NCBI GenBank assembly: GCA_018658715.1
Contig: JABHUQ010000028.1
Coordinates: 5,663 to 69,662 of the forward strand
DNA: 64,000 nucleotides
DNA from: Fidelibacterota bacterium
Lineage (GTDB): Bacteria > Fidelibacterota > Marinisomatia > Marinisomatales > UBA1611
Reading direction: 5' to 3'
Shown here: in pieces, positions 29,315 through 39,361 of the stretch
How the letters are laid out: each line of letters starts with the position of its first letter
How positions within the stretch are numbered: the stretch's first letter is position 1
Translations under genes and position numbers: made by a program
Notes under the pieces: generated by a model
The model's database searches: none
Seen by the model: the letters and a program-made list of their open reading frames with translations, nothing else
Told to the model about the DNA's origin: nothing

Positions 29315-30391
29315 TTATTCAGAATCTAAATTTGTCAAATAGTCAACCACCCCACTTGTTTCAGATCGATAAATACAACGACCCATTTTGGATGATATTT
29401 GATAGTCATATAATCGATCGTAATAAAGGGTCAGTAAATCATGTATCCAATCATAATGTGAGTGAGATTTAGGATCTAAAAATGCATTATCAATCTTTGT
29501 GCGAATACTCATAAATAATTCATGCCCTAGTCTTTTCTGAATTTTAAATAATGATGAACGAAGGGATAAAAGTAAATCTGTCTTTGGTACGCCTACATTT
29601 AAAGGTTTATCAATATATTCTATTTGTATATTCTGAATACGTTCTTCTAGGGGAATATCAATTAAAACCCATTTTGATAATCGCATACGTCCATACCAAC
29701 TATTAGGAATAGCAACACGTCCAATGGTACGAGATTCATCTTCCAAAAATAATGTATTGCCACTATGGTTTAGATAATGAATAGCTAAAGAATGTTCGAA
29801 ATTAATTTGTGATGGTTGTGCTGAATCTGTTTTCCCGAATGCAGACCCACGATGATTTGCTAATTCTTCCAAGTCGATGGTAGAAATCAATCGATTCAAA
29901 ATATTGGTTTTCCCTGTCCCTGTTTTTCCGCCCAAAATAATCCATTTTTTATTATCATTTTCTGCTGAATCCAATATGTTAATAGCGGTATTTCTTAAAA
30001 GTTTATAACCACCCGAAATCCTTTTAACATTTAATCCCCTGTCTCGAAGCCAAGTTTGAGCAATCTTTGATCGTAATCCACCTCGTGCGCAATAGATCCT
30101 TGTCGTTGGGTGATCTTGGATAAAATCTATCCACGTATGAATTCGAATTTCTTTAATCTCGTTGGAAACTAATTTATGACCCATCTTTATTGCAGCATCT
30201 TTTCCTTGATGCTTATATGTTTTGCCTACTCGTGCACGCTCATCATCCTTCAATATGGGGAAGTTAACACTTTGTGGAAATGCCCCTTTTTTGAATTCCC
30301 CAGGAGATCGTAAATCAATTAATGGAATCTTTTCTTTAAGAATTTGATAATATGGGGATATTCTATCCATGAGAGGATTGAAATTATTCAA
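29315..30391 (-). CDS. selU: tRNA 2-selenouridine synthase
   Basis: Rhodanese active site YCARGGLRS, Walker A GGKTGTGKT, and HRGSAFG and EDESR motifs. The protein is collinear with E. coli YbbB/MnmH. Confidence 0.9.
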   Translation of the reverse strand: MNNFNPLMDRISPYYQILKEKIPLIDLRSPGEFKKGAFPQSVNFPILKDDERARVGKTYKHQGKDAAIKMGHKLVSNEIKEIRIHTWIDFIQDHPTTRIYCARGGLRSKIAQTWLRDRGLNVKRISGGYKLLRNTAINILDSAENDNKKWIILGGKTGTGKTNILNRLISTIDLEELANHRGSAFGKTDSAQPSQINFEHSLAIHYLNHSGNTLFLEDESRTIGRVAIPNSWYGRMRLSKWVLIDIPLEERIQNIQIEYIDKPLNVGVPKTDLLLSLRSSLFKIQKRLGHELFMSIRTKIDNAFLDPKSHSHYDWIHDLLTLYYDRLYDYQISSKMGRCIYRSETSGVVDYLTNLDSE

Positions 30392-30444
30392 TTTATTGTA
30401 TATGGTAGTCGTTTTTAAATAAAAGGGTCAATGCATAAGACAGG

Positions 30445-30521
30445 TGGTACGCCCGGGAGGATTCGAACCCCCAACCTTCTGGTCCGTAGCCAGACACTCT
30501 ATCCAGTTGAGCTACGGGCGC
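30445..30521 (-). tRNA. tRNA-Arg (anticodon ACG), CCA encoded
   Basis: Manual cloverleaf. The acceptor is GCGCCCG/CGGGCGT, the anticodon loop is CTACGGA, the T-arm is GGTTCGAATCC, and the 3' end is ACCA. Confidence 0.9.
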
Positions 30522-30606
30522 ATATCTTAATTTGTATCAAAACAATAAAATAAGTTGCCAAAAAAAGCCCGAGAATTTATTAGAAGAATTTCCCGAGTTC
30601 AACCGT

Positions 30607-32397
30607 CTATTTTAATAATAGTGCTTTTTTTGTATCAAATCCATTCGGTGTTTGAATTTGGATAAAATACATACCTGATGCATGCGATGATGCATCCCAT
30701 TGAAATGAATGATCACCAGCTTGTATGAGTGATTTATCTGCTAATACTTCTACTTCTTCGCCTAAAGTATTATAGACAGCAACTTTTCCTTTAGTATCAA
30801 ATGGTATTGAGAAGGAAATAGATAATACAGGATTGAATGGATTTGGGGTCAAATTCCATATTTCTGGACGAGATGCTAAAGCAATAGATATAGCTTCTGT
30901 CTTATCTAGGCGTTTCATATTTATTTCTTGTCCAAATTCATTACTTACGACTAAATCTTTTAAATCTATCGCATGAATAGAAGAAGCCACATCGAAAGAT
31001 ATAGATTCTATAGCATTTGTCCCTGTTTCATCAAATGCTAAATAAGTAATTCGTCCATGTTTTATCATTGAATGCAAAGACCAACCTTCAGGAAGTATTA
31101 ATCGATTATTTAAATTGTAAGATTCGGGAATTGAAAATTGAAAACCAGAAATCATTTCCACACTAGATATTGTAGCAACTTTCTCTAATCCATTTTGCTG
31201 TACGCTTAAAATGCCATCAAGTGGTTGCCCCCCAGGTGAAATACCACTCCATGTATTATTCATAATTCCTTGTACAAGAGTAACAATATCAATTACGTTT
31301 ATTATTTCATCACCATTCATATTTGCAACATCAACGTGGCATCCCATTGATTCTTCAGTTAGAATAAAATCAACTAAAAACAAAACATCAAAAACATTAA
31401 TGACAGGATTTCCATTTACATCTGTATCACCATTAAGATTACCTGTTACATAAACATTATTATTGCACGGGTCACATTCGTTGCCAATAAGATCATTATC
31501 TTCATCATCCTGAGATGGATTATAATCTTGGGGACAGTTGTCTACCCAATTCATGACACCGTCATCATCAACATCAGGATTCATATCATCTATATATACA
31601 TCAGAAACTTGTAATATTTGTTTTGTTGTATTGTTCTGTACAATAGCAATTATTTTAACATTATCTTGAACCCAGCTATCGGATAATGTAAAAGAGCCAT
31701 TGAACGTTTCAGTCTCTCCTGAAGATGAAATATTGACTGAATTAGGGTCTTCCCAGATTCGAGCAACATTTCTAGCATTATGCCATTGACTAGCGGAAGA
31801 CCAATAAGAATATATTTCATCTTCTACAATAAATACATGAACAATATCATTTGAAGATGGATGGTCTGAATCCAAGGAAATAGTTATGTCGTAAGTCACA
31901 TCATTATCAAGTATCATACCATTAATTTGAATTTCATAAGGTGTTTCATCACCCAACATCGAATTAAATATTGGTAGAAAAGTATTATACATTGGCTCCC
32001 AATTACCACTGGGATATCCACCAACAGTATTTTGAACTCCATTCCATTGAGTATGAGGTATTCCCCCTACTCCATAATAACCTGATCTTTGACTATATTC
32101 AGATGGGAGATCAAAATCTGAGCTCCCAGGGGTATAACTAGGGCTATGCCATTCAACGCTAAAAAGTGTTTCTGGGAATTCGTTTAATAAAGTATCTATC
32201 GCAAAACTTGCGCTTGGACAATATGGTCATTGAAGACCAGTAAAATCTTCTACAAAAACACGTTGAGATGATCTTGCAGCATTTTCTACAATTTCTCTTA
32301 AGTTATTGATGGGAACTTCTTGATTATTAACAAGAATTGTTTGCTCAGCCAACATAAATGATATGGCTGCAATCATAAATAGAATTATTTTTTTCAT
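30607..32397 (-). CDS. Secreted thioredoxin-fold protein with an in-frame TGA (candidate Sec, UxxC), TSP3/dockerin-like Ca-binding repeats and a T9SS C-terminal sorting domain
   Basis: The frame is open from the ATG at 32397 to the stop at 30607 except for the TGA at 32227..32229. The ATG has an AAGGGGGA SD and encodes the signal peptide MKKIILFMIAAISFMLA. The TGA context is FTGLQ-TGA-PYCP. The C-terminus (NPFNPVLSISF...SGMYFIQIQ...KKALLLK) is a typical Por secretion tail. The ORF track only called 30607..31992. Confidence 0.65.
32200..32212 (-). promoter_or_regulatory. Small hairpin 14 nt 3' of the in-frame UGA (candidate bacterial SECIS apical stem-loop)
   Basis: The mRNA reads CGCAA-GUU-UUGCG, a 5-bp stem with a G/U-containing loop, with imperfect flanking pairing. 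It is weak on its own. Confidence 0.3.
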
Positions 32398-32459
32398 AAT
32401 AGGAATCCCCCTTGTTTACTTAACTAAAATTGTGAAAGAAATTAGATGGTATATGCATT

Positions 32460-34259
32460 TTAAAACAAGGATGTTAATTCCAGTTTAAAACCATCTGTAA
32501 ATGGTTCTATCTTACGGCATACTCCATTACTGCAAAGGAGTCCACCCTTTTGGCTGCCGTACATCAATGAAAGTCTATGACTTGAATTAATGTTATACAC
32601 AAACTCAATGGCTGCCCAAGTATTTTCTAAACTCATAAAATTTCCAAGAAATGTTTCAAAGAATGTTTCAGTATCAATGGCATATGGATCAAATGTATCA
32701 TCATAAGATACGCGATCAAATAATAGAGCAACGGACCAAGTTGGAGCATTCCCTAAACCAATCGAAAAGAAATGATTATACTGTTTTGGCCGTTCAGTAT
32801 GAACATCTGTTTCATAATCGTAAGAGTCAAAATCTGATTTTAGACTATCATATTTTACAATACTTGATGAGTCAGAATAACTCCACGTTCCACGTAATAA
32901 TTCCTGATATTCCCATTTAATATTAATATTGATTCCATTAGAAAGATAATATGAGAAAGAAGTGGGAATCGTAAGTGCTTCTTGATATTTATACTCCAAT
33001 AAATGATTATGCTCGTCATACTTGTTTGTAAAAATATCTGTTACGTCTTTGGTATTTGCGCCAGAAATAACATAGTGTAACCTGTCGCTAAAAGCATAAC
33101 CATTTAGCTCTAAATATAATTCTTGATAAGGTAAACCCTCAGCCGATTTAATAGGTAGCCAAGAATCATTATTCGTTTTAAACCATGTATAGTCTGGTCT
33201 GGACTCCCAAATATGGGTTCGACTGGAAGTAGCATAATGAAGAAATAATGTAGTCCCGAATATACCCGGACCTGTTAAATCTAATTGGTACCCTAAATTA
33301 TTATTGAAATCAAATTGGTGTGATATTCGTCCAAGCAATGATGTAGAATGGAGCAAATTCGAAATAGCTGGTTGTTGATAATCTAAAGCTAACCCATAAT
33401 TATTAATAAAATCCCAACGAGTAAATGCGTCAGGTGCAAGATGCGCAAAACTATAACGAATATAATCTGCAGATAAAGTCCAATCTTGGAGAAAAGAAGT
33501 TATATTTGCATAAAACCCGCTTCCGCTTCTAGCGAAATCTAAATCATTATATCCAGCAGATTGTTTATCAGCATATTCAAGGAAGAGCTCAAAATTGGGA
33601 CCTGTGTAAGTAACCCGCCCTCCTAATATTCGATGTACTACATGGACTGTATCTGGGAAATTCCAAGATGGTAACGTATGTTTTTCTCTCGATTGTAAAT
33701 AGGAAAGACCCATTTCGAAGGAATCACGATACCAATCAATATTTGTTCCCATGACTGAATGATTCGTTTCATAATTATGTGAATAATTGTTAAAGCCAGA
33801 ATAAGTAGGTGATGATTTCCATAGTGTGGAATAGCCAGTTAATAAATTCCATTGAATATTATTCTTATCTAATGAAAAGTATAAGCCACGAATGCCATTA
33901 TCAAAATCAACTGATTGATCTTCATTCTGATTTAATACAAGACCCCTTCCCCATATTTCATAAATATCACCAAGTTTTAATGATATTGGACCATCCGAAT
34001 AATCAAAGCGTATTTTTCGTAAACCATCTTGATAAAATCCTAACTCGGGTGGTTTACTAAATTCGAATTGTGACCAAATAGTAAACTTATCGAGACGAAT
34101 ATTTGTATTAATCAAAGATTCTGAATAATTAAACCCAGTTTTACTTTCGCCATATCTTAACTGACTACTACCTGAGAATTTAATTTGTGCAGAAAGGATA
34201 GATGATATAATAATAAATAAAAAGGAATAAAGAATAATTGTACTATTAATTATTTTCAT
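32460..34259 (-). CDS. Putative outer-membrane beta-barrel protein
   Basis: 599 aa with a signal peptide and aromatic-rich alternating strands. The C-terminal residue is Phe (ELTSLF). The start abuts the TlpA stop. Confidence 0.5.
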   Translation of the reverse strand: MKIINSTIILYSFLFIIISSILSAQIKFSGSSQLRYGESKTGFNYSESLINTNIRLDKFTIWSQFEFSKPPELGFYQDGLRKIRFDYSDGPISLKLGDIYEIWGRGLVLNQNEDQSVDFDNGIRGLYFSLDKNNIQWNLLTGYSTLWKSSPTYSGFNNYSHNYETNHSVMGTNIDWYRDSFEMGLSYLQSREKHTLPSWNFPDTVHVVHRILGGRVTYTGPNFELFLEYADKQSAGYNDLDFARSGSGFYANITSFLQDWTLSADYIRYSFAHLAPDAFTRWDFINNYGLALDYQQPAISNLLHSTSLLGRISHQFDFNNNLGYQLDLTGPGIFGTTLFLHYATSSRTHIWESRPDYTWFKTNNDSWLPIKSAEGLPYQELYLELNGYAFSDRLHYVISGANTKDVTDIFTNKYDEHNHLLEYKYQEALTIPTSFSYYLSNGININIKWEYQELLRGTWSYSDSSSIVKYDSLKSDFDSYDYETDVHTERPKQYNHFFSIGLGNAPTWSVALLFDRVSYDDTFDPYAIDTETFFETFLGNFMSLENTWAAIEFVYNINSSHRLSLMYGSQKGGLLCSNGVCRKIEPFTDGFKLELTSLF

Positions 34260-34756
34260 TATTGCATTAATAAAGATTTAATTCGTTCTTCAACTACGAT
34301 TTCATCACCTGGAATATATCCTTGATGACGCCAAGCAATTGTCCCATCTTTATTAATAAGAATCATGGTTGGTAGTAAAACAGCATTAAATATTTTCGAT
34401 ATTTGTTTATTAGGATCAACTCCAACTTTAAACGAATAATTTTTTGATCGAATATATCCTTTAACCTTGGATAAACTTTTAGGAGAATCTTGATTAATAG
34501 TTAATACATTAAACCCTGAGTCTTGATAAGCTTTATGAAAATTATCTTGATGTAACATCGCCTTTTTACATGGACCGCACCATGTTGCCCAAAAATCAAG
34601 TAAAACAGGTCCTTCTTCAAGTAACTCGTACAATGATATCCGCTCCCCTGAAAGAAGCTTAACTTTAAAGTCTGGTACTTTCTCAACATTCACAGTGGTT
34701 GCGAATGTGAATGAAATCGCTAAAATGTATGCGATTCCAGCAAAATATTTTTTCAC
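34259..34756 (-). CDS. TlpA/ResA-family periplasmic thiol:disulfide oxidoreductase
   Basis: 165 aa with a signal peptide and a thioredoxin motif, LLDFWATWCGPCKK. Confidence 0.88.
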   Translation of the reverse strand: MKKYFAGIAYILAISFTFATTVNVEKVPDFKVKLLSGERISLYELLEEGPVLLDFWATWCGPCKKAMLHQDNFHKAYQDSGFNVLTINQDSPKSLSKVKGYIRSKNYSFKVGVDPNKQISKIFNAVLLPTMILINKDGTIAWRHQGYIPGDEIVVEERIKSLLMQ

Positions 34757-34772
34757 ATTGAACTCGTATTAT

Positions 34773-36074
34773 TTATAAAATTGGATCTAAAAACCTTCTT
34801 AGATCTAACTCATTAACGAACTTAATTGTGACATTACTCAAATTTTCTACCGCATTAACGGGTAATGTAAATTCATAGGTAATGGGAATTGTAACAGTTT
34901 CCATTGCTATTTGCATAGACCAACCGCCCATTGTGAAATTAATCAACGGAGAAAATTGGTGGCTAGGAATATAAAGGACTTTTGAACTAGAACGAGAATG
35001 CCAATATGAATCAGGTGTATCTGTGAGAACAACAGATGGGTTTCTGGATTTATCAAAAAATTGAATGACAGGTATTTTTCGATAGGTTTCAGAAATAATA
35101 TCATCGATTAAATATTGCGGAAAGTTGAATTTATCCCTACTATAATAAAATACAGTTAAGCTACCGTCTTCTTGCAACCCTGTATAAGGAAGAGTAGTTA
35201 GCATTTCATGAATAATATTTTCCTTCAAGGAGTATTCCACCTTAAACTGAACCGTAATAAGTTGTTCGTCATCTTCATGATAAATAAAATTAGGTCGTTC
35301 CAGTTTAACTTGATAGGGATTAGAAATTAATTGGTCTAATACAGTTTCCAATAGAGCTGAGTTTTGATCATTCTCAGGATTAACATCAACCTTTTGCTCA
35401 GCCGTAAAGTCCATTGACCATTCTCCAACAGATTGTTGTACAGTTTTTTTCTTTTTTGCGTCTTCTTCCCTTTTCTTAGCACCTAAAACAAAATCCATGC
35501 TTGCTTCCAATTCAAGGATTGCAGCATCTAATGAACTGGCGACTCTTTCAGATTCAATAGAAACTTTTGGTGGAAGTATTTTTTGTGGTCTAACGGAAAT
35601 ATCCGGGAAAGGAGATTTAGCTTTATCTACTTGTTTTGGTAAGTAATCAGCCAACATTCCTTGGACAGTTGCTCCTACTTGATCTTTTAATGTCGGAAGA
35701 GCAGAATAAAAGCCAGAAGCAGATTTGTTCCCAACTTCTTCCCATGTAGCAATATCAATTAATTGCATAGTTACAGATATGTCATCAAGCTTCCTATTGA
35801 ATTTCCCAAGTAATAATAAATTATTTGATCCACGAGGTTGCTTCAATAATTCAGAACGATTATTCATAATATATTCTAAATCATCATTATTTTGAATTCG
35901 TAATGTTGACTCATTCTTTAATTTATCTTTGACAATTTCGGATAAACCGGGTCCAATCCATTCAACAGAAGCATCATTTTGCACATTGTCAAATGGAAGT
36001 AGGTAGAAATACACAAGAGGGTCCCGTGCAAATAGTGTTGACAATAAAAGAAGATGTATTAAGATTTTGTTCAT
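34773..36074 (-). CDS. Hypothetical exported protein
   Basis: 433 aa with a signal peptide. The N-terminal LLPFDNV...WIGPGLSE resembles TolB-N/CsgG-like lipoprotein modules. The assignment is weak. Confidence 0.4.
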   Translation of the reverse strand: MNKILIHLLLLSTLFARDPLVYFYLLPFDNVQNDASVEWIGPGLSEIVKDKLKNESTLRIQNNDDLEYIMNNRSELLKQPRGSNNLLLLGKFNRKLDDISVTMQLIDIATWEEVGNKSASGFYSALPTLKDQVGATVQGMLADYLPKQVDKAKSPFPDISVRPQKILPPKVSIESERVASSLDAAILELEASMDFVLGAKKREEDAKKKKTVQQSVGEWSMDFTAEQKVDVNPENDQNSALLETVLDQLISNPYQVKLERPNFIYHEDDEQLITVQFKVEYSLKENIIHEMLTTLPYTGLQEDGSLTVFYYSRDKFNFPQYLIDDIISETYRKIPVIQFFDKSRNPSVVLTDTPDSYWHSRSSSKVLYIPSHQFSPLINFTMGGWSMQIAMETVTIPITYEFTLPVNAVENLSNVTIKFVNELDLRRFLDPIL

Positions 36075-36120
36075 GGAGTTGTAGGTTTCATGGAGAATAA
36101 ATTAATAGAAAAACAGGAGT

Positions 36121-37827
36121 TTAACCACATCCAATTTTAGAGGTTTGAAATCCCTTTTCAATTTTTTTCCATGAATCTCTCAATGCTACGGACCGATTAA
36201 ATACAAAATGTTCAGGTGAACTGTCAATATTATCCAAACTAAAATAACCCAATCGTTCAAATTGATAAAATTCACCTACGGATGCTTTCTTCATTTCTGT
36301 TTCAATAAAGCATGTCTTTTTAAGAACAAGTGAATCAATATTTAATGTATCATTAATATTATCTGACTTGCTAGGGTTTGGCTCTAAAAAGAGTCTGTCG
36401 TATAGCCGAACTTCCGCTTCAATATTTTCTGTGGATGAAACCCAATGTATGGTTCCTTTGACTTTCCGTCCATCGGGAGATGATCCTCCCCGTGTTTCGG
36501 GATCATAAGTACAATGCAATTCAATAATTTGTCCTTTGCTATTTTTTATTACATCAACACATGTAATGTAAAAAGCATATCTTAATCTTACTTCTCTGCC
36601 AGGAGCTAAACGAAAATATTTGCGAAATGGCTCTTCCATAAAATCACTTCGTTCAATATATATTTCTTTAGTAAAAGCTATTCGCCTTTTACCAGCAGAT
36701 TCATCTTCGGGGTTATTTATTGCTTCTAAATAATCAATCTCATTTTCCGGGAAATTAGTAATTACAATTTTCAATGGTTCAATCACACCCATAACTCGAT
36801 TAGCTTTTTTATTGAGATCTTCTCTTAAACTATGCTCTAAAAGATTCATTTCAACGACATTATCTCGTTTTGCTACCCCTACTTTTTCTGCGAAATTACG
36901 AATAGATTCCGGGGTATATCCTCTACGTCTTAAACCTGAAATTGTGGGCATTCTTGGATCATCCCAACCTGAAACATACCCATCGTCAACGAGTTTTTTT
37001 AACCATCTTTTAGACATAATTGTAAAATTTAAGTTTAATCGAGCAAATTCTATTTGCTGCGGATGATATGTATCAAGTTGATTTAAATACCAGTCGTATA
37101 AAAGTCTATGGTCTTCAAATTCTAATGTACATATGGAATGGGTAATACCTTCTAGGGAATCCTCTAATCCATGAGCCCAATCATACATTGGGTAAATGCA
37201 CCATTTATCCCCAGTCCGATGATGATTAGCTTTCAAAATACGATACATAACTGGGTCTCTCATATTCAAATTAGGATGACTCATATCAATTTTCGCCCGT
37301 AATGTGCGGCTTCCATCTTCAAAATCACCATTTTTCATTTGAGTAAATAGGAGAAGACTTTCATCCACGGTTCTCTCTCTGAAAGGACTATCAGTGCCAG
37401 CTTCTTTTAGATTACCACGAGTTGCTCTAACTTCATCAGCTGATAGGTCACAGACATAAGCTTTCTTTGATTGAATGAGAAATACAGCGAATTCATACAT
37501 TTGATCAAAATAATCTGATGCATAAAATAACCTATCTCCCCAGTCAAAACCCAACCAGGAAACATCTTCTATAATTGCTTTGACATATTCATCTTCTTCT
37601 TTAATTGGATTTGTATCGTCGAATCGTAAATTACATAATCCATTATATTGGTGTGCTAGGCCAAAATTCAAACAAATTGATTTTGCGTGACCAATGTGCA
37701 GATATCCGTTAGGTTCTGGTGGAAATCTTGTATGAACGTTTTTATTGAATTTTCCAGATAAATTATCTTCATCAATAATTTTTTGAATAAAATTCTTATA
37801 TGGTTTTTCAGCTTCCATTATTATCAC
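36121..37827 (-). CDS. glnS: Glutaminyl-tRNA synthetase
   Basis: Motifs [17 protein letters not shown] and IMSKR, with a C-terminal anticodon-binding beta-barrel region. The protein is 568 aa. Confidence 0.93.
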   Translation of the reverse strand: MIIMEAEKPYKNFIQKIIDEDNLSGKFNKNVHTRFPPEPNGYLHIGHAKSICLNFGLAHQYNGLCNLRFDDTNPIKEEDEYVKAIIEDVSWLGFDWGDRLFYASDYFDQMYEFAVFLIQSKKAYVCDLSADEVRATRGNLKEAGTDSPFRERTVDESLLLFTQMKNGDFEDGSRTLRAKIDMSHPNLNMRDPVMYRILKANHHRTGDKWCIYPMYDWAHGLEDSLEGITHSICTLEFEDHRLLYDWYLNQLDTYHPQQIEFARLNLNFTIMSKRWLKKLVDDGYVSGWDDPRMPTISGLRRRGYTPESIRNFAEKVGVAKRDNVVEMNLLEHSLREDLNKKANRVMGVIEPLKIVITNFPENEIDYLEAINNPEDESAGKRRIAFTKEIYIERSDFMEEPFRKYFRLAPGREVRLRYAFYITCVDVIKNSKGQIIELHCTYDPETRGGSSPDGRKVKGTIHWVSSTENIEAEVRLYDRLFLEPNPSKSDNINDTLNIDSLVLKKTCFIETEMKKASVGEFYQFERLGYFSLDNIDSSPEHFVFNRSVALRDSWKKIEKGFQTSKIGCG

Positions 37828-39247
37828 TTTCTATGATTGGGAAATGGTTGATAGCATAGTTTAATCGAGAAATACATACTTTCATCCCTAACAATTCCAT
37901 GATTGAAAAAAGTGAAGGACCCCCAGAAACACCGCTAATAGCCAACCGTGTGGGTTGAATGATTTTTCCTATTAATATTTTATTTTCCTCAGCATATTTT
38001 TTTATAATGCCTTCAATTGATGTCGAATTCCATTCTGACAATCTATTCAATTCAATTAATAAGGATTCAATTATCTGTGTTGTAGTGTCTGGTTTCCAAC
38101 ATTTTCTCATAGTTTTTTTATCAAATTGATTAGGATTATTAAAGAAATAATGAGAAGAATCTATGAAGTCAACAATAGTTTTTGATCTTTGTTTTAATAA
38201 ATTAATAACATTCAACACATAAGGTGTATCAAAATTGGAGCCCCAGGATGGATTAAGCTGTTTAATATGATTGTAAATAGAATTTGATGGTAATATCATA
38301 ATATGTTGAGCACTTATCCAATTCAGTTTTTGAATATTGAATACAGCTGATTTTTTCTGAACTCGTTTTATATCAAATTGAGCAATTATATCATCAACGG
38401 AAAATATATCTTGCTCCGTTCCAGGATTCCAGCCTAATAATGCTAAATGATTTAATAAAACATCTGATGTATACCCAAGATCTTGATATGTTTGTACACC
38501 CGTAGCGCCATGCCGTTTACTAAGACGCTTTTTATCTGCGCCAAGAATCATTGGTAAATGAGCAAAAATAGGTATAGAATAATTTAATGCTTCATAAATA
38601 TAAATTTGTTTCAATGTGTTGGCGACATGATCTTCCCCTCTAATTATGTGAGATATTTCCATATCATGATCGTCAACTACAACGACGAGATTATATACTG
38701 GCCTTCCATCAGATCGGGCAATAATAAAATCATCAATTTCAGAATTATCTACTTTAATAGAACCATAAATTTCATCAGAAAAAGATACAATTCCTTCTTT
38801 TGGTGTTTTTAGTCGAATAGTAAATGGAGATTTATTATCTAGTTTAGCTTGAATTTCATTTTCTGAACGATTCCTCCATATTTCTGGATAGAAAAATGAA
38901 CCATCTTTAGATCGGTAGGAATCTAATTCATCTTTAGATGCAAAGCAGCGATACGCCTGCCCTGATTCTAATAATGTTTGAATAGCGGCTAAATAAAGGT
39001 CAGTACGTTTTGACTGAAAAATAAGTTCATCATCCCAATCGAGCCCCAGCCATTTCATTGATTGGCAAATTTGTTCTGTGAATTTATCTTTTGAACGAAG
39101 TGTATCTGTATCTTCAATACGAACTAAAAAAGAGCCATTATGATGTTTGGCGAAGAGCCAGTTGAATAATGCGGTTCGAGCACCCCCGAGATGAAGTTGG
39201 CCGGTTGGGCTTGGTGCAAATCGAACTCGTAGTTTAGAATTGGCCAT
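37808..39247 (-). CDS. gltX: Glutamyl-tRNA synthetase
   Basis: Motifs [22 protein letters not shown] and KLSKRHG. The protein is 479 aa. Confidence 0.93.
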   Translation of the reverse strand: MANSKLRVRFAPSPTGQLHLGGARTALFNWLFAKHHNGSFLVRIEDTDTLRSKDKFTEQICQSMKWLGLDWDDELIFQSKRTDLYLAAIQTLLESGQAYRCFASKDELDSYRSKDGSFFYPEIWRNRSENEIQAKLDNKSPFTIRLKTPKEGIVSFSDEIYGSIKVDNSEIDDFIIARSDGRPVYNLVVVVDDHDMEISHIIRGEDHVANTLKQIYIYEALNYSIPIFAHLPMILGADKKRLSKRHGATGVQTYQDLGYTSDVLLNHLALLGWNPGTEQDIFSVDDIIAQFDIKRVQKKSAVFNIQKLNWISAQHIMILPSNSIYNHIKQLNPSWGSNFDTPYVLNVINLLKQRSKTIVDFIDSSHYFFNNPNQFDKKTMRKCWKPDTTTQIIESLLIELNRLSEWNSTSIEGIIKKYAEENKILIGKIIQPTRLAISGVSGGPSLFSIMELLGMKVCISRLNYAINHFPIIESDNNGS

Positions 39248-39258
39248 TTATAAATTTG

Positions 39259-39347
39259 CGGAGGCGGTAGGATTCGAACCTACGAGGGGCGCGAACCCCT
39301 GCTGGTTTTCAAGACCAGTGCATTCAGCCAGACTCTGCCACACCTCC
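39259..39347 (-). tRNA. tRNA-Ser (anticodon UGA), long variable arm, no encoded CCA
   Basis: Manual fold. The acceptor is GGAGGTG/CGCCTCC, the anticodon loop is CTTGAAA, the variable arm is GGGGTTCGCGCCCC, and the T-arm is GGTTCGAATCC. Confidence 0.88.
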
Positions 39348-39361
39348 ATTTTGTTTATTTG

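Noticed and set aside
30545-30606. Apparent terminator between the selenoprotein candidate and tRNA-Arg (GCCCGAGAATTT...GAATTTCCCGAG).
   Set aside because: The CCCGAG and GAATTT elements are direct repeats, not inverted repeats, so no stable hairpin forms. Only a T-run is present.
32227-32229. The TGA as evidence of an alternative genetic code (TGA = Trp or Gly).
   Set aside because: TGA terminates a well-supported ORF at 8323..8325, directly followed by a terminator. The other long ORFs need no TGA read-through. The aligned motif position calls for Cys/Sec, not Trp or Gly. A pseudogene or a sequencing error cannot be excluded from the sequence alone and is listed as a refutation test.
39259-39347. 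Possible tRNA-Sec (selC), considered because of the long variable arm and the nearby selenoprotein candidate.
   Set aside because: The anticodon loop is CTTGAAA, so the anticodon is UGA, which decodes the Ser codon UCA. tRNA-Sec requires UCA. The acceptor stem is a normal 7 bp. It is tRNA-Ser.
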